Below are positions 9,176-19,248 of a stretch of 25,441 nucleotides of DNA, one piece after another (position 1 is the first letter of the stretch; each line of letters begins with the position of its first letter). The notes under the pieces are model-generated. The model had not been told where the DNA came from, made no database searches, and worked only from the letters and a program-made list of their open reading frames with translations. This stretch comes from Nitrospinota bacterium (GTDB taxonomy: Bacteria > UBA8248). A program made the translations under genes and the position numbers. Location: positions 1-25,441 of the forward strand of contig JAYGFR010000245.1 in assembly GCA_046581755.1 (NCBI GenBank), read 5' to 3'.

Positions 9176-10279
9176 CTACAAAGCGATTTCTTCGGGATCG
9201 GGAAGGGCGGCGGGGGCCAGATCCTGAAGAAGGGGCATGACTTCGCGCCCGAAGATTTCCGCCTCCTCCAGATGAGGCCAGCCATGCATGATGAACCGGG
9301 TCACGCCGGCCTCGGCGTATTCGCGAATCTGGGCGGCAACCATGTCGGGAGTGCCCACGAACATCGTGCCCGCGCCCTGGCGAACCTGATTCACTCCCAT
9401 ATAGATGGTGTCCGAGATCCAGAGGTCTCCCCGGCTGGCAAGCTCGTTCACGCGTTGTTGCGTCACCGATTCGCCGCGGGAGGCGGCACCCCAGTTTCTC
9501 GTCTTGGTGGGGTCGCTGTCGGCGACGATGCGCTCCGCTGCCTCCTTCGCCTCTTTCTTCGTCTCGCGAATGCAGACGAGGTGCCGGATCCCAAACTCGA
9601 GCTTTCGATCCCGTTGATGCTCCTCCGCGAGCGCACCCACCTCCAGCACGTCCTTCGCGACCACCTCGGGTTCGACCGCATGGCACACATGCACGTCGCC
9701 CAGCCTCGCGGCCAGGCGCCTGGCCCCCTTGGAAGCCCCCGCGAGGAAGATATCGGGCGGGCGGCGGCCTTCGCGCGTGGGAAAAACGTCGGCTTCCTCG
9801 ATTTCGTAGAATTGGCCCTTGAATGTGACGGGGCCCTTCTCTTCCCAAAGGAGACGGATAATGTCGAGAAATTCCTCGGTGTGCTCGTAGCGGGAATCGT
9901 GATCCACGAAGTAGCCGTATCTCTTCAAATCGACCGAACTCACGCCGGACACGACGTTCAGGGAGAGACGCCCGCCCGTTAATTTATCGAAGGTATTTAT
10001 CTGTTGGGCAGCCATGGTCGGGCCCACCAAGCCCGGCCGGAAAGCCACGAGGAATTTGATCTTCTCGGTATTCTGGGAAATGGCGGTGGCTGTGGACCAG
10101 GGGTCCATGCAGTGGGTGCCGGTGGGAAGCAGGATGTTGACGAACCCCGCCTCCTCGGCCGCGGAAACGATACGGATGAGGTATTCCAGCGTCGCGGGGC
10201 GCTCGGGGGTCTGGCGAATCACCTGATGCCCATCTCCGCCCCGGTGGGAGCAAAGCGCCCAGTTGAGTTCAATAGCCAT
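9176..10279 (-). CDS. LLM-class (luciferase-like) flavin-dependent monooxygenase, SsuD-like
   Basis: AAEEAGF..ILLPTG.HC.DPW, KFLVAFRPG, GGRLSLNVVSG, VGTPDMVA, PHLEEAEIFGREVMP; start ATG 10279. Confidence 0.92.
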   Translation of the reverse strand: MAIELNWALCSHRGGDGHQVIRQTPERPATLEYLIRIVSAAEEAGFVNILLPTGTHCMDPWSTATAISQNTEKIKFLVAFRPGLVGPTMAAQQINTFDKLTGGRLSLNVVSGVSSVDLKRYGYFVDHDSRYEHTEEFLDIIRLLWEEKGPVTFKGQFYEIEEADVFPTREGRRPPDIFLAGASKGARRLAARLGDVHVCHAVEPEVVAKDVLEVGALAEEHQRDRKLEFGIRHLVCIRETKKEAKEAAERIVADSDPTKTRNWGAASRGESVTQQRVNELASRGDLWISDTIYMGVNQVRQGAGTMFVGTPDMVAAQIREYAEAGVTRFIMHGWPHLEEAEIFGREVMPLLQDLAPAALPDPEEIAL

Positions 10280-10593
10280 AAACGCCCCTTTCGAGCCCTC
10301 GCAAAGCCTATTCAGATCGAAGCCGGAACAGCGAAAAGAATACAACGAAACATGGATGTCCGATACCGGAGGCAAGTCATCGAGGATGGCTGGACAGCCG
10401 GAGTTTCGATGGAATCGGCAGGGGTTTTTCTCGATTTTGGAGGCCCAAAATCCCCGGCTAGGCCGGATTCGGCGTTGCGCCGGGAAATTTGCGATTCCGA
10501 ATCCAGTATGGGGCGGGGAAATTTCCGGCAAATCGCTTTATAGTCATCCCTTCGGACCCGAGACTTCGGATTCACCCGGAAAGGACCCTACTT

Positions 10594-11348
10594 ATGATCA
10601 TGATCGAAAGCCACGTTGACATAAAAACCAAGGACGGCGTCATGCCCGCGTTCACCGCCCATCCGGAGGAGCCGGGGGATTATCCCGCGGTTGTCCTCTA
10701 TTTCGACGCACCGGGCGTTCGGGAGGAACTGCGGAATTTCATCAGGCGCATCACCGGGCAAGGGTATTTCGCCATACTGCCGGACCTGTATTACCGGCTG
10801 GGAAAGCTCTCGTTCAACATCGCCGAGCGGACCGAGGCGATGAGCGAGATGATTCACACGGCCAGGAACACTCTGACAAACGCTTCAGTGATGGAAGATA
10901 CCAAATACATTCTCGAATTTCTGGATAGGAATCCCAACGTCAAAGCCGGGGCAAAGGTTGCATCGGCTACTGCATGAGCGGGCGGTTTATCGTCACGGCG
11001 GCAAGCACCTATCCGGATCATTACGCTGCGTGCGCCTCTCTTTACGGTGTGCAAATCGTGACGGATGAGGCGGATTTGCCCCATCTCATCGCCGACCGAA
11101 TTCGGGGCGAGCTGTATCTGGGGTTCGCCGAGATAGACCCCCTTGTCCCGGATAACGTGATTCCCGATTTGACGGCCGCTCTCGACAAAAATGGGGTTGC
11201 CTACCGGTGAGAGGTCCACCCGGATACGCGGCATGGCTTCTGCTTTCCGGAGCGGCCCGTATACAAAGAAGATGCGGCGGAGGATGTGTGGAAAAAAGTG
11301 TTCGAGATGTATGACCGCATATTGCATGTGAGCGAGGCCGTCTCTTGA
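10594..11348 (+). pseudogene. Dienelactone hydrolase family gene disrupted by a frameshift and an in-frame UGA
   Basis: N-half (DAPGVREEL, PDLYYR) joins the nucleophile motif GCIGYCMSG only after a 1-nt shift at 10951-10958; TGA at 11208-11210 precedes the catalytic HGF (EVHPDTRHGFCFPERP). Confidence 0.88.
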
Positions 11349-11685
11349 ACGGATAGAGACACCTCCGGCCCGATGCGGAGACCGGACACCTTATCCGGGC
11401 ACAGAGCCGAAGCCGGCTCCGGCCCCCCTGGTCCATGCACGCTAAAAAATTCTCGGTAAAATCCCTCAATCTCTCGAATCTTTTTCTTCCGGGCGCTATC
11501 TGCCCTCTCTCCGGCGGAGGACCGTCACGGGCGCGTTGAATATAGGGCCGTTTGATGGAATTCCGGCTACAGGAAATTCGCGGAGGTGCCGGGTTTCGCT
11601 CCCGGAGCCGCGATTTTTCCACCGTTCAGGCCGATTGCGTTTATAATTCGGGTACTGAATCCTTGTTCGAGAACCCAAATGGAAA

Positions 11686-12513
11686 ATGTGGGATAAGGTC
11701 ATGTCCGGCATTCTGAAAACGCGGCTTCGTCAAGCAAAAGGGTGGGCGCAAGAGGCCTGCTGGAAGTCCTCCTTGCAACTTCGCCATCGTCTCCATAGGG
11801 GGGATGTTCTTGTGGGCTATGGCGGATTTCGCCTCTTGTTCACAAACGACGATGATTATCAGGAAGTGCGGTACCGCATGAATGCCAAGCGTTGGTTCGA
11901 CTATGAAAGGGAAACGCTCAAACCCTGGCTCAAGCATAGCGATACGGTCATCGATGTGGGAGCGAATTCCGGCTTCTTGACAATCCTCTTTACTCAGTTG
12001 GTTGGCGAATCGGGAAAAGTTTATTCTTTCGAGCCCGCTGAAAAAATCTTCAAAAAACTTCTCAAGGCCACCGATGGAAACCTGGTGAATAATGTGCGTC
12101 CGATAAATTTCGCTTGTGGAGCGGAGATGGGGGAATCTGTCCTGAAATCCGTCTCCAACTCCTCCGGCCATTCTACGTTCGTGCCCACCGTCAAGGCCGG
12201 AGAAGAAATTTCCGCCGAGAAGGTTCGTATTTTGTGCCTCGATGATTTCGTCATGATAGAAGAACTGCGGGTCGATTTTTTGAAAATCGATACGGAAGGA
12301 TTCGAGGCTGAGGTGTTGAAAGGATGCAGCGCCATCCTTCGCGAACACAATCCTGTTGTCTACATTGAATTGACGGCGGGCGAACGGCTGGATTTGTCCC
12401 GGCTGGCCATCGATATCTTAAGGGAACATGGGTATTCTTTTACGAAGGAAATGGATTTGGCGTCCCTGGACAGTGAGAAAAACTTCATCGCTCTACCCGA
12501 TCATCTCGCCTAA
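11686..12513 (+). CDS. FkbM family SAM-dependent methyltransferase
   Basis: VIDVGANSG, GKVYSFEP, VDFLKIDTEGFEAEVLKG; start may be 11701. Confidence 0.92.
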   Translation: MWDKVMSGILKTRLRQAKGWAQEACWKSSLQLRHRLHRGDVLVGYGGFRLLFTNDDDYQEVRYRMNAKRWFDYERETLKPWLKHSDTVIDVGANSGFLTILFTQLVGESGKVYSFEPAEKIFKKLLKATDGNLVNNVRPINFACGAEMGESVLKSVSNSSGHSTFVPTVKAGEEISAEKVRILCLDDFVMIEELRVDFLKIDTEGFEAEVLKGCSAILREHNPVVYIELTAGERLDLSRLAIDILREHGYSFTKEMDLASLDSEKNFIALPDHLA

Positions 12514-12586
12514 TTTCATATATTACTTTTAATTTGGTTGACCCTATCCGAAATTTAATCCGGGGGATGGGGATGGGCGGGTGTTG

Positions 12587-13090
12587 TCAGGCCACCTCGT
12601 AGCGGTCCCGCTTGATGTTATCCATGTTGGCGCCCTCGATTCGAATCAGGCGCGTTTCGCCCTCCCGCTTCGGAGAATGCAGCTCCCCGACGTCGTAGGC
12701 CAGCGCCATTCCGGGAGTCAAAACTGAGGTTTTCACCGGCTCCACTTTTCCGGGCCGATCGCCGTCGGGTTTTTCCACCAGCCGGTATTCGGTCATTTCG
12801 GTTGCCCCTTTTACCTGGCCATAAATGGCCCAAGAGGGCCCATGGTCGTGCGGCGGACCCTCTTTGGCGCTCGGATAAACATGGGCAATGATGCAAAATC
12901 CCAATTCCGGGTCCTCGTAAAGTATCTTCCGGCGTGAATTTTGATCGGGTCCCAGGTGCTCTTCGATAAATTCTTCATCGACCAGAACTTTTTCGAGTTT
13001 TTTGCAGACCTGCTCCAAGCCGTCCCGGCCGGAGTCATCTTTGAGGATGTCATGACAGTCAGCCGCGAATTGGTCGAGGACAGCGCCCAT
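12587..13090 (-). CDS. Cupin, cysteine/thiol dioxygenase-like metalloenzyme
   Basis: PPHDHG.SWAIYG and GELHSP provide a 3-His metal site. Confidence 0.8.
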   Translation of the reverse strand: MGAVLDQFAADCHDILKDDSGRDGLEQVCKKLEKVLVDEEFIEEHLGPDQNSRRKILYEDPELGFCIIAHVYPSAKEGPPHDHGPSWAIYGQVKGATEMTEYRLVEKPDGDRPGKVEPVKTSVLTPGMALAYDVGELHSPKREGETRLIRIEGANMDNIKRDRYEVA

Positions 13091-13370
13091 GATGTGAATC
13101 TCCCTGGATGAAATTTTGGTGAATCGGTTTTAGCCCGGATTTCCCATATGGCACTTCATGCACACAGCCGGAATGTGTGGTACGAAAATCACGAATCCTT
13201 CCGGGAAATCCAAGTTTAGGATATTTTCCCCAAATATTGGCCGGAAAATTACCCGAAACTCCTTTCTCGATATGTTACCTGACCTTTGACGAATTTTCGA
13301 GAAGAGAACCAGCCGTATCAAAAAATAGGAATTTGGCGTGCATGCCACGACTTGCTCTTTTATCTCTCGA

Positions 13371-13493
13371 AACTCCCCCAGGCGATGTCGGTTCGATGAA
13401 TTCGGTAGAGGGAAGAGCGTAGCGCCGCACCGGGCGCATGATCGTATCGGTCACGATCTTGGATGTATTCGGATTGGCCCCCAGGATTTTCAA
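13371..13493 (-). pseudogene. 5' fragment of an Asp/Glu/hydantoin racemase gene
   Basis: GGAGGGG RBS then TTG-KILGANPNTSKIVTDTIM...STEFIEPTSPGGV, matching the family N-terminus (xKILVxNPNT...); similarity ends after about 41 codons. Confidence 0.65.
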
Positions 13494-13644
13494 GGGACTC
13501 CCCTCCATGCTCGTAATCGATATCCGGCGCTGTCCATGGAGGATGGCAGGTTATCGCCGCGTGCTTGGCCCCGCCTCCATGGTCAGAGCCCAAGTATTCA
13601 TTTGCGGTGGAACAACCGATGTGGCGCAAACCTGGAAGATAGAT

Positions 13645-13730
13645 TGGCGGAGGGGGAGGGATTCGAACCCCCGGAGCTTTCGCTCAGCGGTTTTCAAGAC
13701 CGCCGCCTTCGGCCACTCGGCCACCCCTCC
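13645..13730 (-). tRNA. tRNA-Ser(TGA)
   Basis: GGAGGGG acceptor stem, GCGGT-CT TGA AA-ACCGC anticodon arm, variable arm GAGC-GAAA-GCTC, GTTCGAATC, encoded CCA; immediately downstream of serS. Confidence 0.98.
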
Positions 13731-13808
13731 GCGTCTACAGGCTGAAAGCCGGGATTAAGCGCCGCATCCCCGGCAGGCCGATTATATGGGATTTTTCCGG
13801 GCCGGATA

Positions 13809-15092
13809 TCAACCGGGTTCGATAACTTCGAGCCCGTCCATATAGGCCCGCAGGGCCTCGGGAATCACCACCGCGCCGTCTTTTTGCTGATAATTTTCCA
13901 GGATGGCGACGACGGTCCGGCCCACGGCCAGCCCAGAGCCGTTGATCGTATGCACGAAACCGGGCTTGTCCTTGGGCTCGGGCCGGCAACGGATCTGCGC
14001 CCGGCGCGCCTGGAAGTCCTCGAAATTGCTGCACGAGGAAATTTCCCGGTAGGTGTCCTGCGAGGGGACCCACACCTCGAGGTCGTAGGTCTTGGCGGCG
14101 GAAAAACCCAGGTCGCCGGCGCACAAGGTGACCACCCGGTAGGGGAGGCCCAGGCGCTGGAGAATCGCCTCGGCGTTCGCCGTCAACGATTTGAGTTCAT
14201 CGTAGCTCGTCTCGGGCAAGCAGAATTTCACGAGTTCGACCTTATTGAACTGATGCTGGCGAATCAGGCCGCGCGTATCCTTTCCGTAGGAGCCGGCCTC
14301 GCTCCTGAAGCAGGGGGTGTGGGCCACGTATTTGAGCGGAAACTCCCGGCCATCGAGAATTTCTTCTCTGTGAATGTTGGTGACGGGAACCTCTGCGGTG
14401 GGAATCAGATAGAACTGGCCATCGTTCACCTTGAACAGATCTTCTTCGAATTTGGGAAGCTGGCCCGTGCCGGTCAAGGATTGTGGGTTGACCATGAACG
14501 GCGGAAGCCACTCAGTGTAGCCGTGCTCGGTGGTGTGGATGTCGAGCATGAAGTTGATGAGGGCCCGCTCCATCCGCGCCCCCGCTCCCCGGTAGAGGGC
14601 GAAGCGGGCGCCTGCGATTTTCGCGGCGCGCTTCATATCCAGAATTCCGAGTGCCTCTCCCAGATCGTCGTGCGCCTTGGGCTCGAAGCCGAAATCGGGT
14701 TTTTCTCCCCAGGTGCGATCGAGGCGGTTATCCTTCTCGCCGGCGCCGTCGGGGGTCGAGTCGTTCGGGGTGTTTGGCAGGAGGAGCATGGCTTGGTGAA
14801 ATTTTTGTTCGGCTTCGCCTAACGCAGACTCGAAAGTCTTGATTTCCTCTTTCAGCCGCTCATTCGTATCGAGGATGGCCCGGACCCCATCCTCGTCGCC
14901 CTGTTTTTTCAGGGGCCCGATCTGCTTGCTCCCCTGGCGCATTTCGGCCACCCGGCTTTCGACTTCATTGGTCAACTCGCGGCGGCGCGCGTCGATGGCC
15001 AAAAGGGCATCCATATCGAAAATCTCGCCCCGGCGGCCAAGCGCGCCTGCCATTCCAGCCGGGTCCTTACGAATAAGCCGAATATCCAGCAA
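13809..15092 (-). CDS. serS: Serine--tRNA ligase
   Basis: MLDIRLIR (TTG start, GGAGAGG RBS), [66 protein letters not shown]. Confidence 0.99.
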   Translation of the reverse strand: MLDIRLIRKDPAGMAGALGRRGEIFDMDALLAIDARRRELTNEVESRVAEMRQGSKQIGPLKKQGDEDGVRAILDTNERLKEEIKTFESALGEAEQKFHQAMLLLPNTPNDSTPDGAGEKDNRLDRTWGEKPDFGFEPKAHDDLGEALGILDMKRAAKIAGARFALYRGAGARMERALINFMLDIHTTEHGYTEWLPPFMVNPQSLTGTGQLPKFEEDLFKVNDGQFYLIPTAEVPVTNIHREEILDGREFPLKYVAHTPCFRSEAGSYGKDTRGLIRQHQFNKVELVKFCLPETSYDELKSLTANAEAILQRLGLPYRVVTLCAGDLGFSAAKTYDLEVWVPSQDTYREISSCSNFEDFQARRAQIRCRPEPKDKPGFVHTINGSGLAVGRTVVAILENYQQKDGAVVIPEALRAYMDGLEVIEPG

Positions 15093-15301
15093 AATAATTG
15101 CCCTCTCCAAAGAGAACGCGAACAGGGGGAATAACCTTTCCGAAAGATTGTGACATTAAAACGCCGGATTGGGCACGTCAACAATCGACGAATTAGGAGA
15201 AAATGACCCCCTTGGCCCCTTGGCCCCTTGGCCGATTCGGGCTATCGTTTTCTTGGTTTGCTTATTTTGTCCTTGGAGCCGCCCTTGCGTATGGAGGACC
15301 C

Positions 15302-15796
15302 ATGTTATCCTTACTCCGGATTTTTCAGCGTTCCGGGGGGCTGCTGACAACCGCGGCAGCCCTCCTGGGTTTCGCCTTTTACGGGATTGCTCTTCTGAGT
15401 GTCGATTTGGTGGAGGACCCCTCCCGGGCGCTCCAGATTCTAGCGATTTTTCTGTTGCTTTCCCTTGTATTTATTCTTCTCTTGGTATGGGCCGTTCGCA
15501 GGGCGGTTGCCCGTGTGCGCCGGCCGTTGGAGACCGCGGTTGCAGCGACCTCTCGGCTTGCCTCCATGAGCGGCAGGGGAGGCCGCGGCGCCGTACAATT
15601 CCTGGGCAGGAAATCCGCGGCGGCGGGAGAATGGGTGACCCATACGGGAAGATCGGTGAGGCGCAGGGCTTCGCGCGCCAGCGGGTTTTTATTCCGGAGA
15701 AGAAGGAGAGACCCCGGTGCTCCCGCCACTCCTCCTGCGGCGGGTGTCTTTCCCATTTACATCCTTGGAGGCTCCGGGAGCCGGGGGATGGAATAA
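15302..15796 (+). CDS. Hypothetical membrane protein (two TM helices, basic tail)
   Basis: GGAGG RBS before ATG 15302 (alternative start 15203); two hydrophobic segments. Confidence 0.5.
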   Translation: MLSLLRIFQRSGGLLTTAAALLGFAFYGIALLSVDLVEDPSRALQILAIFLLLSLVFILLLVWAVRRAVARVRRPLETAVAATSRLASMSGRGGRGAVQFLGRKSAAAGEWVTHTGRSVRRRASRASGFLFRRRRRDPGAPATPPAAGVFPIYILGGSGSRGME

Positions 15797-15904
15797 TATT
15801 TTGCACGGTCGGTTTTCTCCGTTGACGCAAGCCTTTGAAAATTGGTTCAATATTCGTATGGTAGGTTAAGGTGTTTTTTGAATTCGTTACCGGGAGTGGA
15901 CTGC

Positions 15905-17263
15905 ATGCCAAGTGATAAACTTGATCCCGGAATTCCGGTATTGGCCGCAGAGAGCGCGCCGTGGTCCATTGCCTCCCTCAAGCAAATTTTCCGAGAATAG
16001 CAGTTTACCAACGTCCAAATTGCCGAGGACGCCTATAAAACTGTCCATAAAGGCCGTTTCGAGAAGTTCTCCATTATTCTGATAGGTGACGGGCTGGAAA
16101 AAGGCGACAGCCTTCAGGTGGTCTCCAAAATTCGCTCGGAGGGAAAAAACACCAAGTCGCCGATTATCTACATGCATCAGGCGGGGGAGGAACTTGCGGC
16201 CCAAAAAGCCGTTGAATCCGGTGCCTCGGCTACGCTGAAGCGCCCGGTGGAGGAGCGGGCCCTCCGCGAACTCACCGAAAGCCTTCTCGATAAATATATT
16301 CTCACCGTTTCGAAGGAGGAGGAGCGGGATCAGGAAAATCAGTCGGCAACGATGTCGGAGGTGGAGCGGGGCCAGAGGCTTTTCGAACGCGGGGATCTGG
16401 AGGGAGCCGAGGCGGCCTTTGAAGGCGCGATGATGACGGGCGGTGGGTCTTCCGATGTGTTCTGCGGTCTTGCCGAGGTTTATCTTGCCCGAGGCGATAA
16501 AGAGGCTGCGGAACAGGTGTTGGCCGAAGCGGTCCAGATTGATCCGGCGGCCCGCGAGAAGTTCGATGGCCGCAATCTGGCGCTTCTTCATAAGGGCCAG
16601 GAATTGCTTTCCGAGGGGAAACTGAACGAGGCTGAGGATACCTTCAACAAGGCGCTCATTAAGGGCGGCGAATTTTGCGAAGTCTATGTGGGTTTGTCGG
16701 AAGTCCATCTCCGCAAAATTGATAGAGAAGCCGCCGAGCAGGTGATCGCCGAGGCCGAAAAGCTCGATCCGGGCGTTCGGGATAGGATCAAGAGGCTCGA
16801 ATCGACCCTGGTTTCGCAGGGAAACGAGAGGTATCAAAAAGGAGAGCTCGACGGGGCGAAGGGCGCCTACGAGTGTGCGGTCGTCGCGAACGACAAGAGC
16901 GTGGCAGGGAACGTCGGTTTGGGGCAGACACTTCAGGCCATGGGAGATAAAGAGGGGTCCGAGAAGGCTTTTCAGAAGGCATTGGAGAGCGAAGAGCGCC
17001 CCGAGGATCTGCACATTTACAATAAAATGGGGATCACCGCCCGGAAGAGCAAAGATTTCGAGACAGCGCTCAGTTCCTATGATCGAGCGCTTTCCTTCGA
17101 TTCCGGAGATCCCGTTCTCCACTGCAACAAAGCGATGGTGTACGTTGCGCAGTCTCAATTCGAGGAATGCCTGAAATGGCTGGATAAGGCTCTCGAACTT
17201 GATTCCGAATTTGCCGAGGCCGCAGGGGCCCGGAAGAAAATTCAGAGCCTCCTGGTGAAATAG
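15905..17263 (+). pseudogene. Atypical receiver domain + TPR protein interrupted by in-frame TAG at 15998-16000
   Basis: Frame from ATG 15905 is continuous with the 16118-17263 ORF and completes a CheY-like fold (VLAAES...FTNVQIAED...IILIG...SPIIYM...GASATLKRP); TPR repeats follow. Confidence 0.8.
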
Positions 17264-17448
17264 GCGCCGCCTAAGGCCTTCCCCTGGATTTGCCTCCCCT
17301 CGAGAGCATCCGCGGGCATATTTCCCTCGAACGCGGTATATTTTGAAAGTCGTTCCGCTCGATGATTTTCGGCGCGGCAAAGGATATGCTATGTGGCGGA
17401 AGTCGATGCAGCCGGCCGTCTTCTGGAGCCGGCTCCGAAACAGGGGGG

Positions 17449-17967
17449 ATGCCATTGATCGCAGACGCCGCTATGCGAGGCGCGGAAGACGATCGAGTCA
17501 TGAAGGGTTTTCATCACCTAGATAGCGGAGACTGCAAATCGGCAAAAGCGCAATTCGATGAGGCCCTGACCAATAATTTCAGCAATATCGGGGTTCGCCT
17601 CGGCCTGTGCCAGGCACTCGTGGGACTTGACGAAGTAAAGGAAGCCGAAAAAACGTTTGAGGCCGCATGCAGCCTGGAGCCCGGTCCGGGGTATGTGAAG
17701 TCGTTCAACCGCCTCGGAATCGGCCTCTGGCGGATAGAGTCCTACGATTTGGCCCTCCGGGCATTTACCCGGGCCAGCGATATCAATTCGAATGATCCGA
17801 TCCTTTACTACAACATGTCGCTGGTCCACATCGTCCAGCTTCAACTCGATGAGGCCGAAATGTTTTTTGAGAAGGCGCTGAAACTAATGCCCGATTTCGT
17901 CGAAGCCAAGCAGGTCCTCGAGAAAGTTTCGGACTGGAAAGAAAATCTGGCGGACAAGGACAAATGA
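17449..17967 (+). CDS. Tetratricopeptide repeat protein
   Basis: TPR pattern; FNRLGIGL...NDPILYYN...KALKLMPDFVEA aligns by eye with the C-terminus of the upstream TPR protein. Start approximate. Confidence 0.85.
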   Translation: MPLIADAAMRGAEDDRVMKGFHHLDSGDCKSAKAQFDEALTNNFSNIGVRLGLCQALVGLDEVKEAEKTFEAACSLEPGPGYVKSFNRLGIGLWRIESYDLALRAFTRASDINSNDPILYYNMSLVHIVQLQLDEAEMFFEKALKLMPDFVEAKQVLEKVSDWKENLADKDK

Positions 17968-17992
17968 TCTTTGTCCCGACAGGGGAGCTTTG

Positions 17993-18337
17993 ATGCCAAC
18001 CGAGGATGAACGGCGCGAATATTCCAGGTTCACGATTCCAGTTATCATCGATGCACAGGGGATTTCGGATATATCCCTCGTTCCCGAGGATGTCAGCGCA
18101 GAAGGATTCCGCGTTGTCGTCTCGAAAAAACCCGTTATCGGCGAATCGATTCCTTGCACCATTCAGGTACTGGGCGAGAATTTCCAGGACTGCCACGGCC
18201 GCGTGATATGAAGCACTGAAATTTCCGGTGCGCCGGGGACATGGTCCATCGGGTTTCGTGTGGATTCGTCCGGAGAGGAAACGGATTTGCTGAATGGCAA
18301 GCTGAAAGTGCTATCCGTCTTTCTTCGGCAGAGCTAG
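17993..18337 (+). pseudogene. PilZ-domain protein with in-frame TGA at 18209-18211
   Basis: RxxxR (RREYSR) and DxSxxG (DVSAEG) c-di-GMP motifs; the TGA falls at the usual Trp of GRV(I/V)W and the frame continues through WSIGFRV to TAG 18335-18337. Confidence 0.8.
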
Positions 18338-18374
18338 GGTTTTCTCCTTCGGAAAATTTTACGGGCACTTTTAT

Positions 18375-18830
18375 TCATATTTTCTCTTGCTCGAATATTA
18401 AATAATGGCTCTGATTCATCCCCAGCTTCCGGTAGACCTCTTGAGCGGGTGCATTTCCCCGATCGACGTAGAGCAAAAGCCCGCAGGCCCCCTCGTTCCG
18501 TGCCAGCTCGCGGACGTGGTTGTGAAGGGCGGCGTACACCCCCCGCCTGCGCGATGCGGGATCGACATAGACGTTTTGAATCCACCAATAAAATGAATTG
18601 TTCCAATCGCTCCACTCGCGCGTGACGCGAATTTGGCCCACCACACCCTGGTCTCCTTCGGCCAGGAAATACTCCCCCCGATTCGGATCGTGAAGCGATA
18701 TTTCCACCCCCCGAAGGACAACCGCCGGGGACAGTTCCAGACCTTCGCTCTCTTTGGCCATGTCAATATTAAAGCGGACGATGATTTCAGCGTCCTCGGG
18801 AAGGGCGGGACGCACAAAAGCAGTGCTCAA
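18375..18830 (-). CDS. GNAT family N-acetyltransferase
   Basis: EWSDW, WIQNVYVDPASRRRGVY, LYVDRGNAPAQEVYRKLGM; TTG start with AAGGAG RBS. Confidence 0.92.
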   Translation of the reverse strand: MSTAFVRPALPEDAEIIVRFNIDMAKESEGLELSPAVVLRGVEISLHDPNRGEYFLAEGDQGVVGQIRVTREWSDWNNSFYWWIQNVYVDPASRRRGVYAALHNHVRELARNEGACGLLLYVDRGNAPAQEVYRKLGMNQSHYLIFEQEKI

Positions 18831-19248
18831 GACGGTCTCCTTTCTGTGGCTGGGCGAGGGGGAATACTACCAAACCTAGAGCCCAGGCTCCTCCGCTCCG
18901 AAACGATCGGTTGGGCGGCTCCCACCCCCCTCCCCAAAATTGCCGCCAAACGGCCTTTGCGCATATATATTTGTTATTTCATGGGTTATATGCGTAACGT
19001 AGAGGCCTTGCCCCAAAACCCCCAACCATCTGGGAACTGAGGGAATAATCCAGGGGTTTTCATCGTTTCCCTCGCATAGCCATATGGCCGAATGCGCGTC
19101 AAATTTGGCGATAACCGAACGAAACGATGGGGATGCACCGCTTGGCGGAATGCTTCCCGGTGAAGGTTTGCCTATAGGGAATCTCCTGCCCGGGGCGGGA
19201 GAGGATGATTTCGGGTCCCCTTTTTCCAACGTTGGAGGAAAGACCCCC

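Noticed and set aside
11208..11210. Selenocysteine in the dienelactone hydrolase
   Set aside because: Not at the catalytic Cys, no convincing downstream hairpin, and the gene is also frameshifted.
6452..13675. attL/attR direct repeat of an integrated element
   Set aside because: The 31-nt near-identical repeats are the 3' ends of two complete tRNA-Ser genes with different anticodons; no integrase present.
13645..13730. tRNA-Sec (selC) near the predicted selenoprotein
   Set aside because: Anticodon is TGA (reads UCA, Ser), not TCA; normal 7-bp acceptor stem and 86-nt length.
15998..16000. Pyrrolysine at the in-frame TAG
   Set aside because: No pyl genes or methylamine methyltransferases in the window; TAG is a normal stop elsewhere; the neighbouring PilZ gene is also broken.
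15887..17455. 522-aa minus-strand ORF
   Set aside because: Antisense shadow of the receiver-TPR gene; no recognisable motifs.
11208..18211. Genome-wide UGA reassignment (Trp/Gly) explaining the in-frame TGAs
   Set aside because: TGA ends genes at their expected family termini (1274-1276, serS, thiE, thiL) and TGG is used freely for Trp.
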